The notes under the pieces were generated by a model. That model ran no database searches. It saw only the letters and a list, made by a program, of their open reading frames with translations, and was not told the origin of the DNA. Positions 63,852 through 64,000 of a stretch of DNA of 64,000 bases are shown one piece after another. The translations under genes were made by a program, and so were the position numbers. Numbering within the stretch: position 1 is the stretch's first letter; each line of letters starts with the position of its first letter. This stretch comes from a virus (lineage: Duplodnaviria > Caudoviricetes): IMG/VR virus record IMGVR_UViG_2974556156_000001, positions 21,139-85,138 of that record; one strand, given 5' to 3'.

Positions 63852-64000
63852 GAGACACCTCCGGCAGGGGCTACGCTTTACTCATCCGCTAATCAATCGA
63901 GCGGGTATGACTAAGAATAACCCAGAAAGAGGGGACAATGGGGTCCAGCATGAAGGAGTACACCCCTTTTTCGTTATAGAAATCAGTACGTTGGGGTCGA

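Noticed and set aside
1-64000. Prophage/lysogeny module, invertible fibre shufflon, or stop-codon reassignment
   Set aside because: No integrase, invertase or host genes were seen; conserved genes are full length under the standard code.

Overview
A 64 kb stretch of a GC-rich tailed-phage (siphovirus-type) genome. No integrase, tRNA, CRISPR array or host housekeeping context was seen. The NrdA/NrdB type suggests an alphaproteobacterial, possibly Caulobacteraceae-like, host (inference). The + strand (1-19061) carries the tape-measure C-terminus, a lambda-like tail tip (M/L/K split in two/I/J), a multi-gene fibre module, a lysis cassette and a lectin-fibre module. It ends at a bidirectional terminator at about 19066-19093. 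The - strand (19098-63764) carries nucleotide metabolism (nrdAB, dNMP kinase, thyX, two MazG-like enzymes, HD hydrolase), replication and recombination genes (ligase, SbcCD-like pair, nucleases, family A polymerase, flap exonuclease, putative SSB, SNF2 helicase), rIIA/rIIB, and about 16 kb of small early-type genes. The most unusual observations are: (1) a palindrome TTTACC-N3-GGTAAA sitting on or beside the ribosome-binding sites of five genes in the early region; (2) a phage acyl-carrier-protein homologue; (3) a protein ending in a PEP-utilising phosphohistidine domain; (4) a bacterial Pol I motif-A-like peptide embedded in a pseudoknot-like RNA element in frame with a MazG gene; (5) tandem paralogues sharing a perfect 76-bp 5' end; (6) a 21-aa-repeat filament protein. 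All protein calls come from motifs recognised by eye; no database search was run. Head, terminase and primase genes are not evident in the window.
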